From NCBI GenBank assembly GCA_964188305.1, contig OZ076886.1: 64,000 nucleotides of DNA; one strand, given 5' to 3'. Each line of letters starts with the position of its first letter. Within the stretch, counting starts at the first letter, position 1. This stretch comes from Podarcis bocagei (taxonomy: Eukaryota). A program made the translations under genes and the position numbers. Under the pieces are notes generated by a model. It was not told where the DNA came from and ran no database searches. It saw nothing but the letters and a program-made list of their open reading frames with translations. Of this stretch, positions 63,901 to 64,000 are shown one piece after another.

Positions 63901-64000
63901 GCGCTGAGCTAAAAGCACAATCAAGCACAATCAAGCTATTTCAATCTATCTGTTGTGCTTTCTTTTTTCCAAACAAAGAAAACAAGGAGGAACAGACAAA

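Overview
Vertebrate genomic DNA, almost certainly a squamate and probably a lacertid lizard. The basis is Sauria/Squam SINEs, BovB, a Neptune-type Penelope element and lizard-type hAT/Tigger MITEs. It is a repeat-rich non-coding interval (gene desert or large intron) with two short N gaps. I found no convincing host protein-coding exon; every ORF with recognisable motifs is transposon-derived. The only long intact ORF is a Penelope-like RT + GIY-YIG ORF (about 606-2031), joined head-to-head to an inverted sister copy and followed by a pseudo-LTR carrying a minimal hammerhead ribozyme. Other highlights: (1) a 1.3-kb non-autonomous hAT with perfect 8-bp TSDs whose cargo looks like a captured CpG-island TATA promoter; (2) a fold-back insert flanked by 16-bp direct repeats; (3) a perfect 42-bp palindrome; (4) two diverged DIRS/Ngaro-like repeats sharing a hairpin with compensatory changes; (5) two solo LTRs and several nested insertions. 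Repeat family names come from recognising motifs by eye, not from database searches.
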